A stretch of 64,000 nt of DNA from Eledone cirrhosa (lineage: Eukaryota): the NCBI GenBank assembly GCA_964016885.1, contig OZ024764.1, positions 24,614,001 to 24,678,000 of the forward strand, given 5' to 3'. Numbering within the stretch: position 1 is the first letter of the stretch; the number at the start of each line of letters is the position of its first letter. The notes below the pieces were generated by a model that saw only the letters and a list, made by a program, of their open reading frames with translations, had not been told where the DNA came from and did no database searches. The position numbers and the translations under genes were made by a program. This document shows positions 10,819-22,775 of the stretch, one piece after another.

Positions 10819-11346
10819 ATGAATCAGAATGTAACCCGTGAACTTTTTCCTGGGCAAAATTATTCGAACAGACATGACCTCATTGCCAGAGTGTTCAGAC
10901 TGAAACTGGCTAATCTCCCATGGCCAACTTTATGTTGCCTGTTCCCGCGTAGGGAGCAGGAATGGACTTTTTGCTTACACTCCTCAAGGGATGACATGCA
11001 ATATCGTCTACAAAGAGGTGCTATAGATGTTGGTGAAGGTGTTGGAGGTGTTGGAGCTATGCCGTCTAGAAAACCGGTAGGTAGGGTCACCCATAGTGGA
11101 CAGATCTGACACCCAGCGGCATCAGGGCCACCATCTTGCAACTTTGGTCTACTAAATTTGCTATTGGAAGATTATTAACCCATCATTGATTGTCCAAAAT
11201 GCTAATTGGTTTGTAACTATTAATAACCGGTTCAACTGCTTTATGCACTTAATTGATAAGCTTATGCGCTTTCAAGCCACGTTTACCTGTATGTAACTTT
11301 TCATAGCAAATGAACAAACCCGAGCAACGCCGGGCTAAACTGCTAG
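10819..11346 (+). mobile_element. Helitron remnant: Rep-domain fragment and 3' terminus (5' boundary uncertain, may include the 113-bp array)
   Basis: RELFPGQNYSNRHDLIARVFRLKL resembles the Helitron Rep motif (L.PGQ...DR.D..ARVF..KL). Hairpin cccgagcaacgccggg + CTAG|T at 11343-11346. Confidence 0.7.
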
Positions 11347-11361
11347 TCTTCTATATTTCAG

Positions 11362-11393
11362 TACTGGGATGACAGAACTCCACATGCCTTCAG
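11362..11393 (+). CDS. WD40-repeat protein, 32-nt exon B (YWDDRTPHAFR)
   Basis: tatttcag|TACTGGGAT...TTCAG|gtaata. Supplies the WD of the repeat; its phase-2 end matches exon C. Not in the ORF track. Confidence 0.8.
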
Positions 11394-11684
11394 GTAATAT
11401 CACATTTATTTACTCTACTTTTTCCTCCCTCCCTTCAGGTGACACAGCAAAAAGCACCCAGCCCACACTGTCAATGTGTTTGGCATTAGGGAGCGCATCC
11501 AGTCATAGATAACCTACCAGAAACACCCGAATATGAGCGAGACACGGTCATTCGACACAACTTGCTAAATGGGACCCGTCTAAACCATGCTAGCGTGGTA
11601 GATGGATGTTAATCGATGATGATTATATATATATATATAGTTAAATAAGATAACAAGGAAGATTGGTTACTCCTTCATTACGTT

Positions 11685-11769
11685 GGAGACGCCCGTTTCG
11701 CTACTGACCAGCTCAAAGTTCGATCTGTATCGATCTGATCTGACTCTGTAATTCGCGGCTCGTCAGACT

Positions 11770-11771
<2 letters not shown>
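11685..11771 (-). ncRNA. Type I hammerhead ribozyme motif with an extended stem II
   Basis: Minus strand reads GGAGU-CUGACGA-GC...(~55 nt)...GC-GAAAC-GGGC-GUC-UCC, with a canonical GUC cleavage triplet. Confidence 0.75.
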
Positions 11772-11813
<42 letters not shown>

Positions 11814-11835
11814 CATCATCATCATCATTATCACC

Positions 11836-11874
<39 letters not shown>

Positions 11875-11875
<1 letters not shown>

Positions 11876-12210
11876 TCATTCATCATCATTTCATTTTACG
11901 TCCACTTTTTCCCTGCTTGCAAGGGTGGGACGGGAACTGATTTTGGCTTGATTTCTACAGCTGGATGCCCTTCCTAACACCAACCTCATTTACAGCGAGT
12001 GCTGGGTGCTTTTTTGCCATGGCACCTCCACGACCACTTTGCAGTGGAATGATAGGGACCCCAGTCCCTATCATCTCATTTCTACAGCTGAGTAAACTGG
12101 AGCAATGTGAAATAAAGTGTCTTGCTCAAGGAAACAACACATCACCCGGTCTGAGAATTGAACTCACAATCTTTCGATTGCAAGGCCAATGCTCTAACCA
12201 CTAAGCCATG
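11875..12210 (-). mobile_element. SINE family A
   Basis: Reverse complement of 622-960. Confidence 0.88.
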
Positions 12211-12238
12211 TTATCTATCTATATATATAAAACTGATG

Positions 12239-12306
<68 letters not shown>

Positions 12307-12429
12307 TCATTTTTGCAAAGTCTATACAAATCTACATTTCTACTCCGATTGACTTCAAACTTGCATTTATATATTCCTTGCGGTCTAAAGATACTAACTG
12401 CAGCTTTTATTTTTCAATTTTCTGTTGTT

Positions 12430-13665
12430 AAAGGGGTGTTAGGCGCCGGTTGTCAATCTTCGTTGCGCTCTTATAATATGTCTGTATGCCTGGCTGTCTG
12501 CATAGTGACATTCTGACGAACATTGATGACGTATTATGTTCGCTATTTTCCGTTCACAACAGTTGCATTTTCTGTGACGGTCGCTCCTAGTTCCTGAAGT
12601 AAAGCTATTACTATTGCTACCTATGTTGTTATCTACGCCTCTATCTCGGTCATTGGTACTGTTATATCTCGAGGTGTGCGGGGTAGTACCATTATACCCC
12701 CGCACACCGCAGCCCGTTCCGTTGGCGGTGGGTGACCCGTGCAGGTCACCAGCATATTCCCCAGTCTCGCCTTGGTTATGTCAGTTTCGTCTGCTGGGGC
12801 TGCCACCAACACTATTAGGTGCTGTTAGGGAGACGTTAAGGCTATTAGTGTTGTTGTCGGGTCTAGATGTATCTATGCTAAGGTGCCGTGTTTTGGTGAT
12901 CTTACTGTGATTAGTTGCTCCTATGATGTCTGTTAGATTGGGGGTGGTAGAGAAGCATATTTTAATATTGTTCTTAGAACAATATTAAAATATCCTTCAC
13001 GTCACTTGCCAATTACGTCACTACATTAAAAGACGCCAACATCAGCTCCTCCACACACTGGGATATTGTCAGCGGGGCTGCACCCTACAATTTCAAGAGG
13101 AAGTGTGAGCTTTGCCTCATGGAGCTTTACTACATCATAAGAACACCCCACGAACTCATAAACAGCAGAGCTGAATCAGTCATAAACTGCAGGCACTGTA
13201 TACAGGTGTCTTATTCCAGGTGGGAACCGACTGTGGCATGAAAACTATAAAATGGGTCCCCCTGCCCAAACTATAACACTGCGGTGGGCAGGTGGCGCAA
13301 ACAAACATCTGTGAACTAAATATGCATTCCAGACACGGCTCGAACCGGCATTAGTAAAGCAGCACCCACAAAATAATAACGCAAAACACCATCATGTGAA
13401 CGGGTAAAAAAGCACTGGGAAAAGATTATTCAAGCACCGACCGGAGTTACTCCCCTTGCTCTGTGGCAATAACAACATATGTACTTAAACGAAGTTGAAC
13501 TCTGATGTAAATTTAACCTTAAAACCCCTCCTGGGTCGCGTACTGATCATTTATTTTGTTTTCTATGCCCTTGAGAAGCCCTTTTTTGGTGAAACGTACG
13601 TAGGTGCATTGTTATATAAACATGTTTTAAAGGTTTATACTCCTTTGTATTCATTTCTTTTATCT
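12430..13665 (+). mobile_element. Penelope-like element fragment with an inverted 5' part
   Basis: Plus strand 13059-13241 reads WDIVSGAAPYNFKRKCELCLMELYYII...LINSRAESVINCRH (GIY-YIG C-terminus). Minus strand ~12880-12966 reads IKICFSTTPNLTDIIGATNH (linker). Variant hammerhead at the 3' end. Confidence 0.65.
13565..13609 (+). ncRNA. Variant/degenerate hammerhead motif
   Basis: atgc.cc-(C)TTGAGAA-gcc...ggt-GAAAC-GTAC-GTA-ggtgcat. The first core box is non-canonical. Confidence 0.45.
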
Positions 13666-13683
13666 ATACATATATATATTTGT

Positions 13684-13900
13684 GAAGGCGTGTGGCTGAG
13701 TGGTTAGAGAACTGGATTCACAATCGTGAGGTTGTGAGTTTGATTCCTTGACCGAGTGATGCGTTATGTCTTTGAGCAAGACACTTTATTTCAAGTTGCT
13801 CCTTCTACCTGGAGTTGCGATAGATAGAAAGTATTAGCAATTGGAAAGACCAATGGAAACATTGTTTCCTTGGTCCGATTTGACGAAAGTCGATCGACTG
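13684..13900 (+). mobile_element. tRNA-derived SINE family C
   Basis: ggcgtgtggctgagtggttaga A-box, B-box, ttgagcaagacacttta body. Second copy at 20893-21108. Confidence 0.8.
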
Positions 13901-14003
13901 TTGACATGTATATATAATAGAGAGAGAGATAAATTTGTATATACATGCACACATAACATACATGTTTAGCGATGCACACTGACATTTATTTTGTTCATTG
14001 TAG

Positions 14004-14103
14004 ACACTTTCTTGGGCCCCACATCTGCGGTGACTCCCTAGACATTGATGCTGCTACTAACCAGATAATCACTGGTTCCTGGAGAACCTCACAAGTCTTA
14101 CAG
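14004..14103 (+). CDS. WD40-repeat protein, exon C (HFLGPHICGDSLDIDAATNQIITGSWRTSQVLQ)
   Basis: ttgtag acceptor, cag|gtaacg donor, frame-compatible with exons B and D. Confidence 0.87.
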
Positions 14104-14294
14104 GTAACGATATGTCATCATTGTGCTGTCTTCAATTGGTTTGGAGTTTCTGTGTTTTGGGGTTTGGGGATTTTACTTGGCAAGTTTAATACATATGGCC
14201 AGAATGGAGTTCCTCTGAAGGGTTTTTGTAAAGTTACTTGATAGAAGGCAGAGCTCGAAGATCAGAGAGTTGCTTCAGGTAGAGCCATTACTTC

Positions 14295-14881
14295 TCTGAA
14301 TTGAGATCACAGCTCTAATATTATATTACAGACATGTGATTAGAATGTCTCAGGAAAGAATCTATGAATTGAGAGATCACAGCTCTGATACTACAGACAT
14401 GTGGGTAGAATGTCTGAGGAAAGAATCTCTGGATTGAGAGATCACAGCTCTGATACTACAGACATGTGGTTAGAATGTCTGAGGAAAGAATCTCTGGATT
14501 GAGAGATCACAGCTGTGATACTACAGACATGTGGTTAGAATGTCTCAGGAAAGAATCTCTGAATTGAGAGATCACAGCTCTGATACTACAGACATGTGAT
14601 TAGAATGTCTCAGGAAAGAATCTCTGAATTGAGAGATCACAGCTCTGATACTACAGACATGTGGTTAGAATGTCTGAGGAAAGAATCTCTGGATTGAGAG
14701 ATCACAGCTGTGATACTACAGACATGTGGTTAGAATGTCTGAGGAAAGAATCTCTGGATTGAGAGATCACAGCTCTGATACTACAGACATGTGGTTAGAA
14801 TGTCTGAGGAAAGAATCTCTGGATTGAGAGATCACAGCTCTGATACTACAGACATGTGGTTAGAATGTCTGAGGAAAGAAT
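14295..14881. repeat. 65-bp minisatellite, ~9 copies
   Basis: Unit starts at 14371, 14436 and 14501. Confidence 0.93.
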
Positions 14882-15426
14882 TGCTGCCGCAGACACCAAG
14901 CAAGATGGTTGAATAACCTCCAAGCTCACCTGCTCTTGATTTGGGATCTAGTGTGATTAATTGAAGTTGGTTGTTTCTGGAAGGCGTGCTTGAGGTCTCC
15001 GTCCCCGAGATCCTTCCAGGAATAAGTAGACAAAGAAAAAGAAGACTTTGGAGATTTGGATGAAAGGCAGAGCTGATGAGCTTTACAAGCCCTCTGAAAC
15101 GAGATGGGGGTCTACGTTATTAATGTTTTGATTAAACTGTTTCCCGTCCATTCCTTGGGGAAAAAATGAGCAGAAAGAGAATACTAGTTGACCGACATGT
15201 GAGGTGGGGAAGACTGCGTATAATACTTATTGAGGGCTATGGAGGGGATTGAATACAACATGATGATAAGAAGAGGTGAGACGTGTAAGTGATGAGTGTC
15301 TTAGTAACTGGGGCATAATCTGAGCAAGCTCTGAGGAACAGAGACTATTGTAGTGGTGGTAGAAGAGGCAGAGACACCAACATATCTGCAAGCCAGATTG
15401 ATATATATATATATATATCTGCAATC

Positions 15427-15502
15427 AACACCTAATGAAATCGCCTAAGTCTTGCATCATGATTAGATGATGAGATTGGACCATTGAAATACGTATAGTG
15501 TT
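15427..15502 (+). ncRNA. Degenerate hammerhead motif (CUAAUGA core)
   Basis: aacac-CTAATGA-aat...att-GAAA-TACGTA-TA-gtgtt. The core G>A change probably inactivates it. Confidence 0.5.
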
Positions 15503-15574
15503 TTTGCAAAATTAAAACTTTAAACAAAGTTTCTAGTCCAGCATACTGTTGTTTTTACTGAATATTTTACTCCG

Positions 15575-15890
15575 ACCCTGCACCAGCTAGGAGCGTAAGA
15601 TCATCCGCATACAAAAGTTCCCATGGGCATCCGGTCTTAAACTCCTCCGTTATTGCCTGCAATACTATAATAAACAGGAGAGGGCTAACAACAGAGCCCT
15701 GGTGGACACCGACCTGTATGCTAAATTCCTCGCTATAGTCATTGTTAACCCTAACTTTGCTGACTGCTCCCCTATACATGGCTTGTACAGCCTTCACAAG
15801 CCATTCATCTACTCCTAGTTTTCTAAGAGCCCACCAGATTGTGGCATGGGGCACTCTGTCGAAAACTTTCTCCAGATCAACAAATGCCAG
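15575..15890 (-). mobile_element. RTE RT fragment
   Basis: WWALRKLGVDEW...GVHQGSVVSP...LLYADD. Confidence 0.88.
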
Positions 15891-16115
15891 GTGGAGCAGC
15901 TTTGGGCAACAGACAAAGCTTTGTCTTCTATTTATTTACTACTAGCCAAATTACCCGCACCATGCTGCATTTCACACATTTTTTTTGTAAGAAAATGATG
16001 ATTGATTTTAAATCAGTGATATAATTTATGGAGAAAAACTCTGCATTTCAATATTACTCAATGTAAATTTGCTGAAATATATCTAGATTGTTTACTTTAA
16101 CCTTCCCCTCTCTAG

Positions 16116-16181
16116 ATCTGGGATTTCACAACAGGGACCAAACTCCAAGATGTTCCACAAAGGATAGACGAATCTTCTCAT
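16116..16181 (+). CDS. WD40-repeat protein, exon D (IWDFTTGTKLQDVPQRIDESSH)
   Basis: ccttcccctctctag acceptor, cat|gtaagt donor, 66 nt. LQ|IWDF-TG is a typical WD40 repeat end. Confidence 0.85.
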
Positions 16182-16201
16182 GTAAGTACATCCCTTCACC
16201 A

Positions 16202-16258
<57 letters not shown>

Positions 16259-16429
16259 TATCTATCAATCTATATTTATGGAGAGGTATGTAGCTATTAC
16301 TAGTTGCCATAGCCACACATCTTTCCATCTCTCTTAACTTTTGAAAATCTTGAAACTTGTGAAATCCCTAAAGTTATGAATTATTGCAAATAAACCTTCG
16401 CAAAGACCCCAATTGCATTTCAGCTTCTT

Positions 16430-16545
<116 letters not shown>

Positions 16546-16686
16546 CCAAAGATTAGTATGGTTCGTTGATTACTCAACGAATACAATATTACAATAGATT
16601 AGAAGCTCTCAACAAGTAATTTTCCTGGAGTTTTTAATATTATTCAAAATATTAACAAATGAAAAATATTTTCATAATCAAAATAT

Positions 16687-16752
16687 ATATTTTATTATAC
16701 ATATTTCAAAGGTACTATGGTGTTAAAGTACGTTTTCATCAGACAAAATATA
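16687..16752 (-). ncRNA. Type I hammerhead motif in a separate pLTR fragment (~16545-16810)
   Basis: Minus strand reads UAUUUUGU-CUGAUGA-AAA.GUAC...GUAC.UUU-GAAA-UAUGUAUA-AUAAAAUA, followed by an ACTCCA...TTGAGAGCTTCTA tail. Confidence 0.7.
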
Positions 16753-16822
16753 TGATTTGATATGTGACATACCGCTACGGTTCTGATTATTCAATTCCAG
16801 TATTGGCAGTTAAAAAAAAAAA

Positions 16823-16862
<40 letters not shown>

Positions 16863-16900
16863 ATTAAATAAATGGAAAACTATATTTATAAAACCATATT

Positions 16901-16966
16901 TATTTCATTATATATATTTCGGGGATATCATATTAACAATATGCTATGCCTTCATCAGACAAAATA
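16901..16966 (-). ncRNA. Type I hammerhead motif (left arm)
   Basis: Reverse complement of 20287-20352. Confidence 0.7.
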
Positions 16967-18039
16967 CAATATAAACAGTTTTATAGATAAATAGATTCGA
17001 CATACCGTAATAACACCGACTTCATTTGAAGAGGTTTACGCTGGCAGTGAAAAAATTTTATACAGAGAGAAAGAAAGAGAGAAAAAAAGAAAGAAAGACA
17101 AAACGAAGAAAAGGAAGAAAAAGAAGAAAAAGAAGAAAAAGAAAAAGAAGAAATGCATGGAACAAAATAGAGAGATGGAAAGATAGATAAAGCGAAGAAC
17201 TTCATGTAAAGAAACAGAAAGAGATATATATATATAGAGAGAGAGGAAATAGAGATAGATACATATATATATAGAAAATTAGGTAGTGGGAGGTCATTTT
17301 GAGTAAATGTATCAATGATACATTTATTTATTTATTTATTTATTTAGCTCAGGTATTAATGTAAGGGAGATATATATATAGAGAAAAAAATATAGAGAGA
17401 GGAAAAAAATAGCGAGAGAAAAAAATTTAAAAATAGCCAGACATATTCGAGGCGTAAAAACCCTATGTTTTAATGTATTAGTATTTATAAAACTTACACT
17501 ATATTGTAAATATCAGTATTCCTGAATGAGACAAGTATCCATAATGTGTGAAAATTAATTATCTTATGTTTAGTTTTAAAAAAATTCATATGTTTATGTG
17601 ACAGCTACAAACATCCATGCGAATCCAACTGATTCACTCTGCAAACTCTAAGTTCACGGAAAACATTCTCAATGTGGTATAAAAATTTGAGCGTATTATT
17701 ATTCCTGTCATTACTCTACAAGATTATCTATCAAGCAGAAATAGAGAGCAGATTTCAATATACTAATAAAAATATATATTATAAACAAAACTAAAAGTAA
17801 AAAGATAACAATAATAATAATAAGTAAAAATATAGAATAGAGAACTAAAAAAATATTACGAAAGAATATTACATAATAAAAATATTACATATTAAAAATA
17901 CTACGTATTAAAAAATATTACGTATTAAAAATTTACATATTAAAGATATTAAAAATAAAATAAAAAATAAAAAATATTATAGAATACTACAATAATAAAA
18001 AATAAAAAATAAAAAATAAAAAATAAAAATAAAAATAAA

Positions 18040-18858
18040 GGGGCAGGATATGCTGATAAGATTGTGTACATAGATAATGATAGACAAACTAAACAAAGTA
18101 ACAACTTTTTTAATTACGGCAACAACATTAACAACTATAATAGAAAGCATTACAATAATTCCAAAGGACAAAAAAGAAATAGAACTAGGAACATAATTTG
18201 GTTTGCCCCCCCTTTCTCACTAAACATTAAAACCCACATCGCTAAATTATTTTTCAAAGCTCTTGATAATCGCTTCCCTAGAACACATAGGTATCACTCA
18301 ATTTTCAATAGGCATACAATTAAATTAACCTACTCATCCACCAAAAATTTTGCACAAAATATTAATAGAATAAATAATAGGAACTTAAAACCTACTGATA
18401 ATAGCATAAATAATATACAAGTTAACAAATGTAACTGTAGAGATAGATCTAAATGTCCGTTAAATAACAACTGCTTAGTTAAAAATATAGTATACAATTG
18501 TAATGTTAATACTGACTCTAATTCTTTTAACTACGTCGGTTCCACATCGACGGAATTTAAACTTCGCTATAATAACCACAAGAATTCTTTCACAGATCCA
18601 AGTAAAAAATCTTCAACGGCACTATCAGGCGTACTCTGGCAACTTAAGCTAGATAACGTTAGATATTCGACGGCTTGGAATATAGTCTCAAGAGGGATTC
18701 CTTTTAATTCATCCTCTGAGACATGTGACCTCTGCGCAGAGGAGATATTCTTTATACTAAAATCTAAAAATTCCCTTAACCTACGGACAAATTTATTCAG
18801 TTGTTGCAAACATAGATTAAACTCAACGTTTAAATATAAATTTAAATTTAAAATGTAG
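18040..18858 (+). CDS. Penelope-like linker + GIY-YIG endonuclease (RT lost by truncation)
   Basis: RNIIWFAPPFS, IFNRHTIKLTYS, CNCRDRSKCPLNNNCL, NIVY...YVGST, RYNNH, CDLCAEE, LNLR, CKH. Confidence 0.85.
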   Translation, partial: GAGYADKIVYIDNDRQTKQSNNFFNYGNNINNYNRKHYNNSKGQKRNRTRNIIWFAPPFSLNIKTHIAKLFFKALDNRFPRTHRYHSIFNRHTIKLTYSSTKNFAQNINRINNRNLKPTDNSINNIQVNKCNCRDRSKCPLNNNCLVKNIVYNCNVNTDSNSFNYVGSTSTEFKLRYNNHKNSFTDPSKKSSTALSGVLWQLKLDNVRYSTAWNIVSRGIPFNSSSETCDLCAEEIFFILKSKNSLNLRTNLFSCCKHRLNSTFKYKFKFKM

Positions 18859-20286
18859 TATATTTAGTTTGATTTATATTTATATGGGAAACTAGCCGAT
18901 AAATTTTTTGATTCCTAAATCTTTGATTCCCTCTTTTTACTCTTTTTTTATTGTTTATTTTTATTTTATTTTTATCTAAGCATTCCTCATGAAAAATTAA
19001 GCTACCCTAAAAGCTGATGCTCCAAATTTTTTGAATTAACCTTACACTAGATAAACTTCTATATTAAATATAAGAACATATGTAGACCTAATTGGACATC
19101 ATAATCTTTTTGAAATGATCTTTGCTAGATGTGATTTGATAGATAATTTTTTGGCTTTGTCTTGTAATGAACTTGGCAATATATTGTCAATTAACTTTGA
19201 AGGGTTGTTCTTTGTGGTTTATTTTTATTTTTATTTTTATTTTTATTTTTATTTTTATTTTTTATTATTGTAGTATTCTATAATATTTTTTTATTTTTAA
19301 TTTTATTTTTAATATCTTTAATATGTAAATTTTTAATACGTAATATTTTTTAATACGTAGTATTTTTAATATGTAATATTTTTATTATGTAATATTCTTT
19401 CGTAATATTTTTTTAGTTCTCTATTCTATATTTTTACTTATTATTATTATTGTTATCTTTTTACTTTTAGTTTTGTTTATAATATATATTTTTATTAGTA
19501 TATTGAAATCTGCTCTCTATTTCTGCTTGATAGATAATCTTGTAGAGTAATGACAGGAATAATAATACGCTCAAATTTTTATACCACATTGAGAATGTTT
19601 TCCGTGAACTTAGAGTTTGCAGAGTGAATCAGTTGGATTCGCATGGATGTTTGTAGCTGTCACATAAACATATGAATTTTTTTAAAACTAAACATAAGAT
19701 AATTAATTTTCACACATTATGGATACTTGTCTCATTCAGGAATACTGATATTTACAATATAGTGTAAGTTTTATAAATACTAATACATTAAAACATAGGG
19801 TTTTTACGCCTCGAATATGTCTGGCTATTTTTAAATTTTTTTCTCTCGCTATTTTTTTCCTCTCTCTATATTTTTTTCTCTCTCTATATATCTCCCTTAC
19901 ATTAATACCTGAGCTAAATAAATAAATAAATAAATAAATGTATCATTGATACATTTACTCAAAATGACCTCCCACTACCTAATTTTCTATATATATATGT
20001 ATCTATCTCTATTTCCTCTCTCTCTATATATATATATCTCTTTCTGTTTCTTTACATGAAGTTCTTCGCTTTATCTATCTTTCCATCTCTCTATTTTGTT
20101 CCATGCATTTCTTCTTTTTCTTTTTCTTCTTTTTCTTCCTTTTCTTCGTTTTGTCTTTCTTTCTTTTTTTTCTCTCTTTCTTTCTCTCTGTATAAAATTT
20201 TTTCACTGCTAGCGTAAACCTCTTCAAATGAAGTCGGTGTTATTACGGTATGTCGAATCTATTTATCTATAAAACTGTTTATATTG

Positions 20287-20352
20287 TATTTTGTCTGATG
20301 AAGGCATAGCATATTGTTAATATGATATCCCCGAAATATATATAATGAAATA
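20287..20352 (+). ncRNA. Type I hammerhead motif (right arm)
   Basis: CTGATGA at 20295-20301, stem II (ata.catatt/aatatg.tat), GAAA at 20333-20336, TATATATA, stem I tattttgt/atgaaata. Confidence 0.7.
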
Positions 20353-20480
20353 AATATGGTTTTATAAATATAGTTTTCCATTTATTTAATATTGTAAATA
20401 TACTCCAAATATTTGTCGAGTGCTTTTATATCAGTTATAAATATTTACTAGTTGTAACCCAACAATTTTAAATATAACTT

Positions 20481-20532
<52 letters not shown>

Positions 20533-20649
20533 GAGGTTATATTTAATTTGTTGGGATTCAACAAGCTTAAAACCATATTTATGGAAGCTCCAAGCGTTAA
20601 GGTTGTCTTTTTACCGGATATGTCAATATTTAGTTATAAAACAAATCTG

Positions 20650-20716
20650 TATTTTATCTGATGAAAGCGCACCATAATTTGCTTTGGTTGCCCTTGAAAT
20701 ATATATAATAAAATAA
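20650..20716 (+). ncRNA. Type I hammerhead motif in a solo pLTR fragment (20530-20750)
   Basis: tattttat-CTGATGA-aagcgcacca...tggttgccctt-GAAA-tatatata-ataaaata. Confidence 0.75.
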
Positions 20717-20746
20717 ATATGGTTTTATAAATATAGTTTCCATTTA

Positions 20747-20872
<126 letters not shown>

Positions 20873-20892
20873 GTATATATATATATATAGAG

Positions 20893-21108
20893 TGGAGGCG
20901 TGTGGCTGAGTGGTTAGAGAATTGGATTCGCAATCGTAAAGTTGTGAGTTCGATTCCCGGACCAGGCGTGCGTTATGTCCTTGAGCAAGACACTTTATTT
21001 CACGTTGCTCCTTCTACCTGGAGTTGCGACCGATAGATAGTATTAGCAATTGGAAAGACCAACGGAAACATTGTTCCCTCGGTCCCATTTGACAAAAGTC
21101 GATCGTTC
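20893..21108 (+). mobile_element. SINE family C
   Basis: A-box, GAGTTCGATTCC B-box; matches 13684-13900. Confidence 0.82.
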
Positions 21109-21111
21109 CTT

Positions 21112-21224
21112 AATATATATATATGTATATATATATATATATGTATATATATGTATATATGTATATATAATGTATATATATATATATATATTTATGTATA
21201 TATGTATATATATATGTATATATG

Positions 21225-21257
<33 letters not shown>

Positions 21258-21345
21258 GTATATATAATGTATATATGTATATATATATATGTATATATGT
21301 ATATATATATATATGTATATATATATATAGGTATATATGTATATG

Positions 21346-21394
<49 letters not shown>

Positions 21395-21517
21395 GTGTGT
21401 ATATGTATATATATATGTGTATATGTATATATATATATGTGTATATGTATATATATATATGTGTATATGTATATATATATGTGTGTATATGTATATATAT
21501 ATATGTATATATATATG

Positions 21518-21554
<37 letters not shown>

Positions 21555-21887
21555 GTGTGTATATGTATATATATATATGTGTATATGTATATATATATGT
21601 GTATATGTATATATATATGTGTATATGTATATATATATATGTGTATATGTATATATATATGTGTATATGTATATATATATATGTGTATATGTATATATAT
21701 ATATGTGTATATGTATATATATATATGTGTATATGTATATATATATGTGTGTATATGTATATATATATATGTATATATATATATGTGTGTGTATATGTAT
21801 ATATATATGTGTATATATGTATATATATATGTGTATATATGTATATATATATGTGTATATGTATATATGTATATATATATATATATA

Positions 21888-21918
<31 letters not shown>

Positions 21919-22031
21919 GTGTATATATATATATGTGTATATATATGTGTATATATATATATGTGTGTATATATATATATATATATGTGTGTGTGTCTAT
22001 ATATATATGTATATATATATATATATGTATA
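21112..22031. repeat. Degenerate (TA)n/(TG) microsatellite
   Basis: Seen directly; it is the source of the spurious IY/VY ORFs. Confidence 0.97.
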
Positions 22032-22365
22032 TTGGCGCAAAACTTATAGTACTTATTCACGTGACATTCAACAACCAACCAAATCTTAATACCTCTGGAG
22101 CCACTTTTTTCACATAAAATAGGTAGAATTTCCAAAACTGATCAGATTAGAGCAAACATCACGTGCGCTCTATCTCAAAATTATTTTTGAAAAGCATTAG
22201 AAATGCGCAACCGGTAAAAGCTTAAAACTAAAACTGAATACTAACCAATACTTATTACTAATTTATACTTATTCCTAATTAAACTATTTTTCACTGGGAA
22301 AAATTTGTCAGCATTTTCTTTTCCTTTTACTAATATATGTATATATATATATATGTATGTATATG

Positions 22366-22397
<32 letters not shown>

Positions 22398-22403
22398 TAT
22401 ATG

Positions 22404-22739
22404 TCATCATCATCATCATCATTTCATTTTACGTCCGCTTTTCCCTGCTTGCAAGGGCGGGACAGGAACTGATTCTGGCTACATTTCTACAGTTGGATGC
22501 CCTTCCTAACACCAACCTCATTTACAGTGAGTGCTGAGTGCTTTTTTGCCGTGGTATCTCCACAACCACTTTGCAGTGGAATGATAGGAACCGCAGTCCC
22601 TATCTCATTTCTACAGCTGAGTAAACTGGAGCAATGTGAAATAAAGTGTCTTGCTCAAGGAAACAACACATCACCCGGTCTGAGAATTGAACTCACAACC
22701 TTTCGATTGCAAGGCCAATGCTCTAACCACTAAGCCATG
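22404..22739 (-). mobile_element. SINE family A
   Basis: Reverse complement of the consensus, with (CAT)n tail. Confidence 0.88.
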
Positions 22740-22775
22740 TATGTATATATATGTATATATATGTATATATATATA

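Larger units (their letters stand above)
16857..20487 (+). mobile_element. Penelope-like (Naiad-type) element, 5'-truncated, with ~1.18-kb inverted repeats (16857-18039 / 19218-20396)
   Basis: Near-perfect reverse-complement arms, each with a hammerhead; central GIY-YIG ORF; 3' tail extension; (TA)n flanks. Confidence 0.85.

Noticed and set aside
12512-12545. CTGACGA followed by a weak hairpin
   Set aside because: No downstream GAAA box or stem I, so it is not counted as a hammerhead.
14150-15200. Possible old LINE ORF1 remnant on the minus strand around the 65-bp array
   Set aside because: Similarity is too weak to support without a database search.
18040-18858. Selenocysteine recoding, as reported for some Naiad PLEs
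   Set aside because: All conserved Cys positions in both GIY-YIG ORFs are TGT/TGC, with no in-frame TGA.
21050-22135. Long IY/VY-rich ORFs (also 31136-31480, 50857-54576, 47942-50240, 55213-56052, 61585-62382)
   Set aside because: Translations of micro- and minisatellites that happen to lack stop codons.
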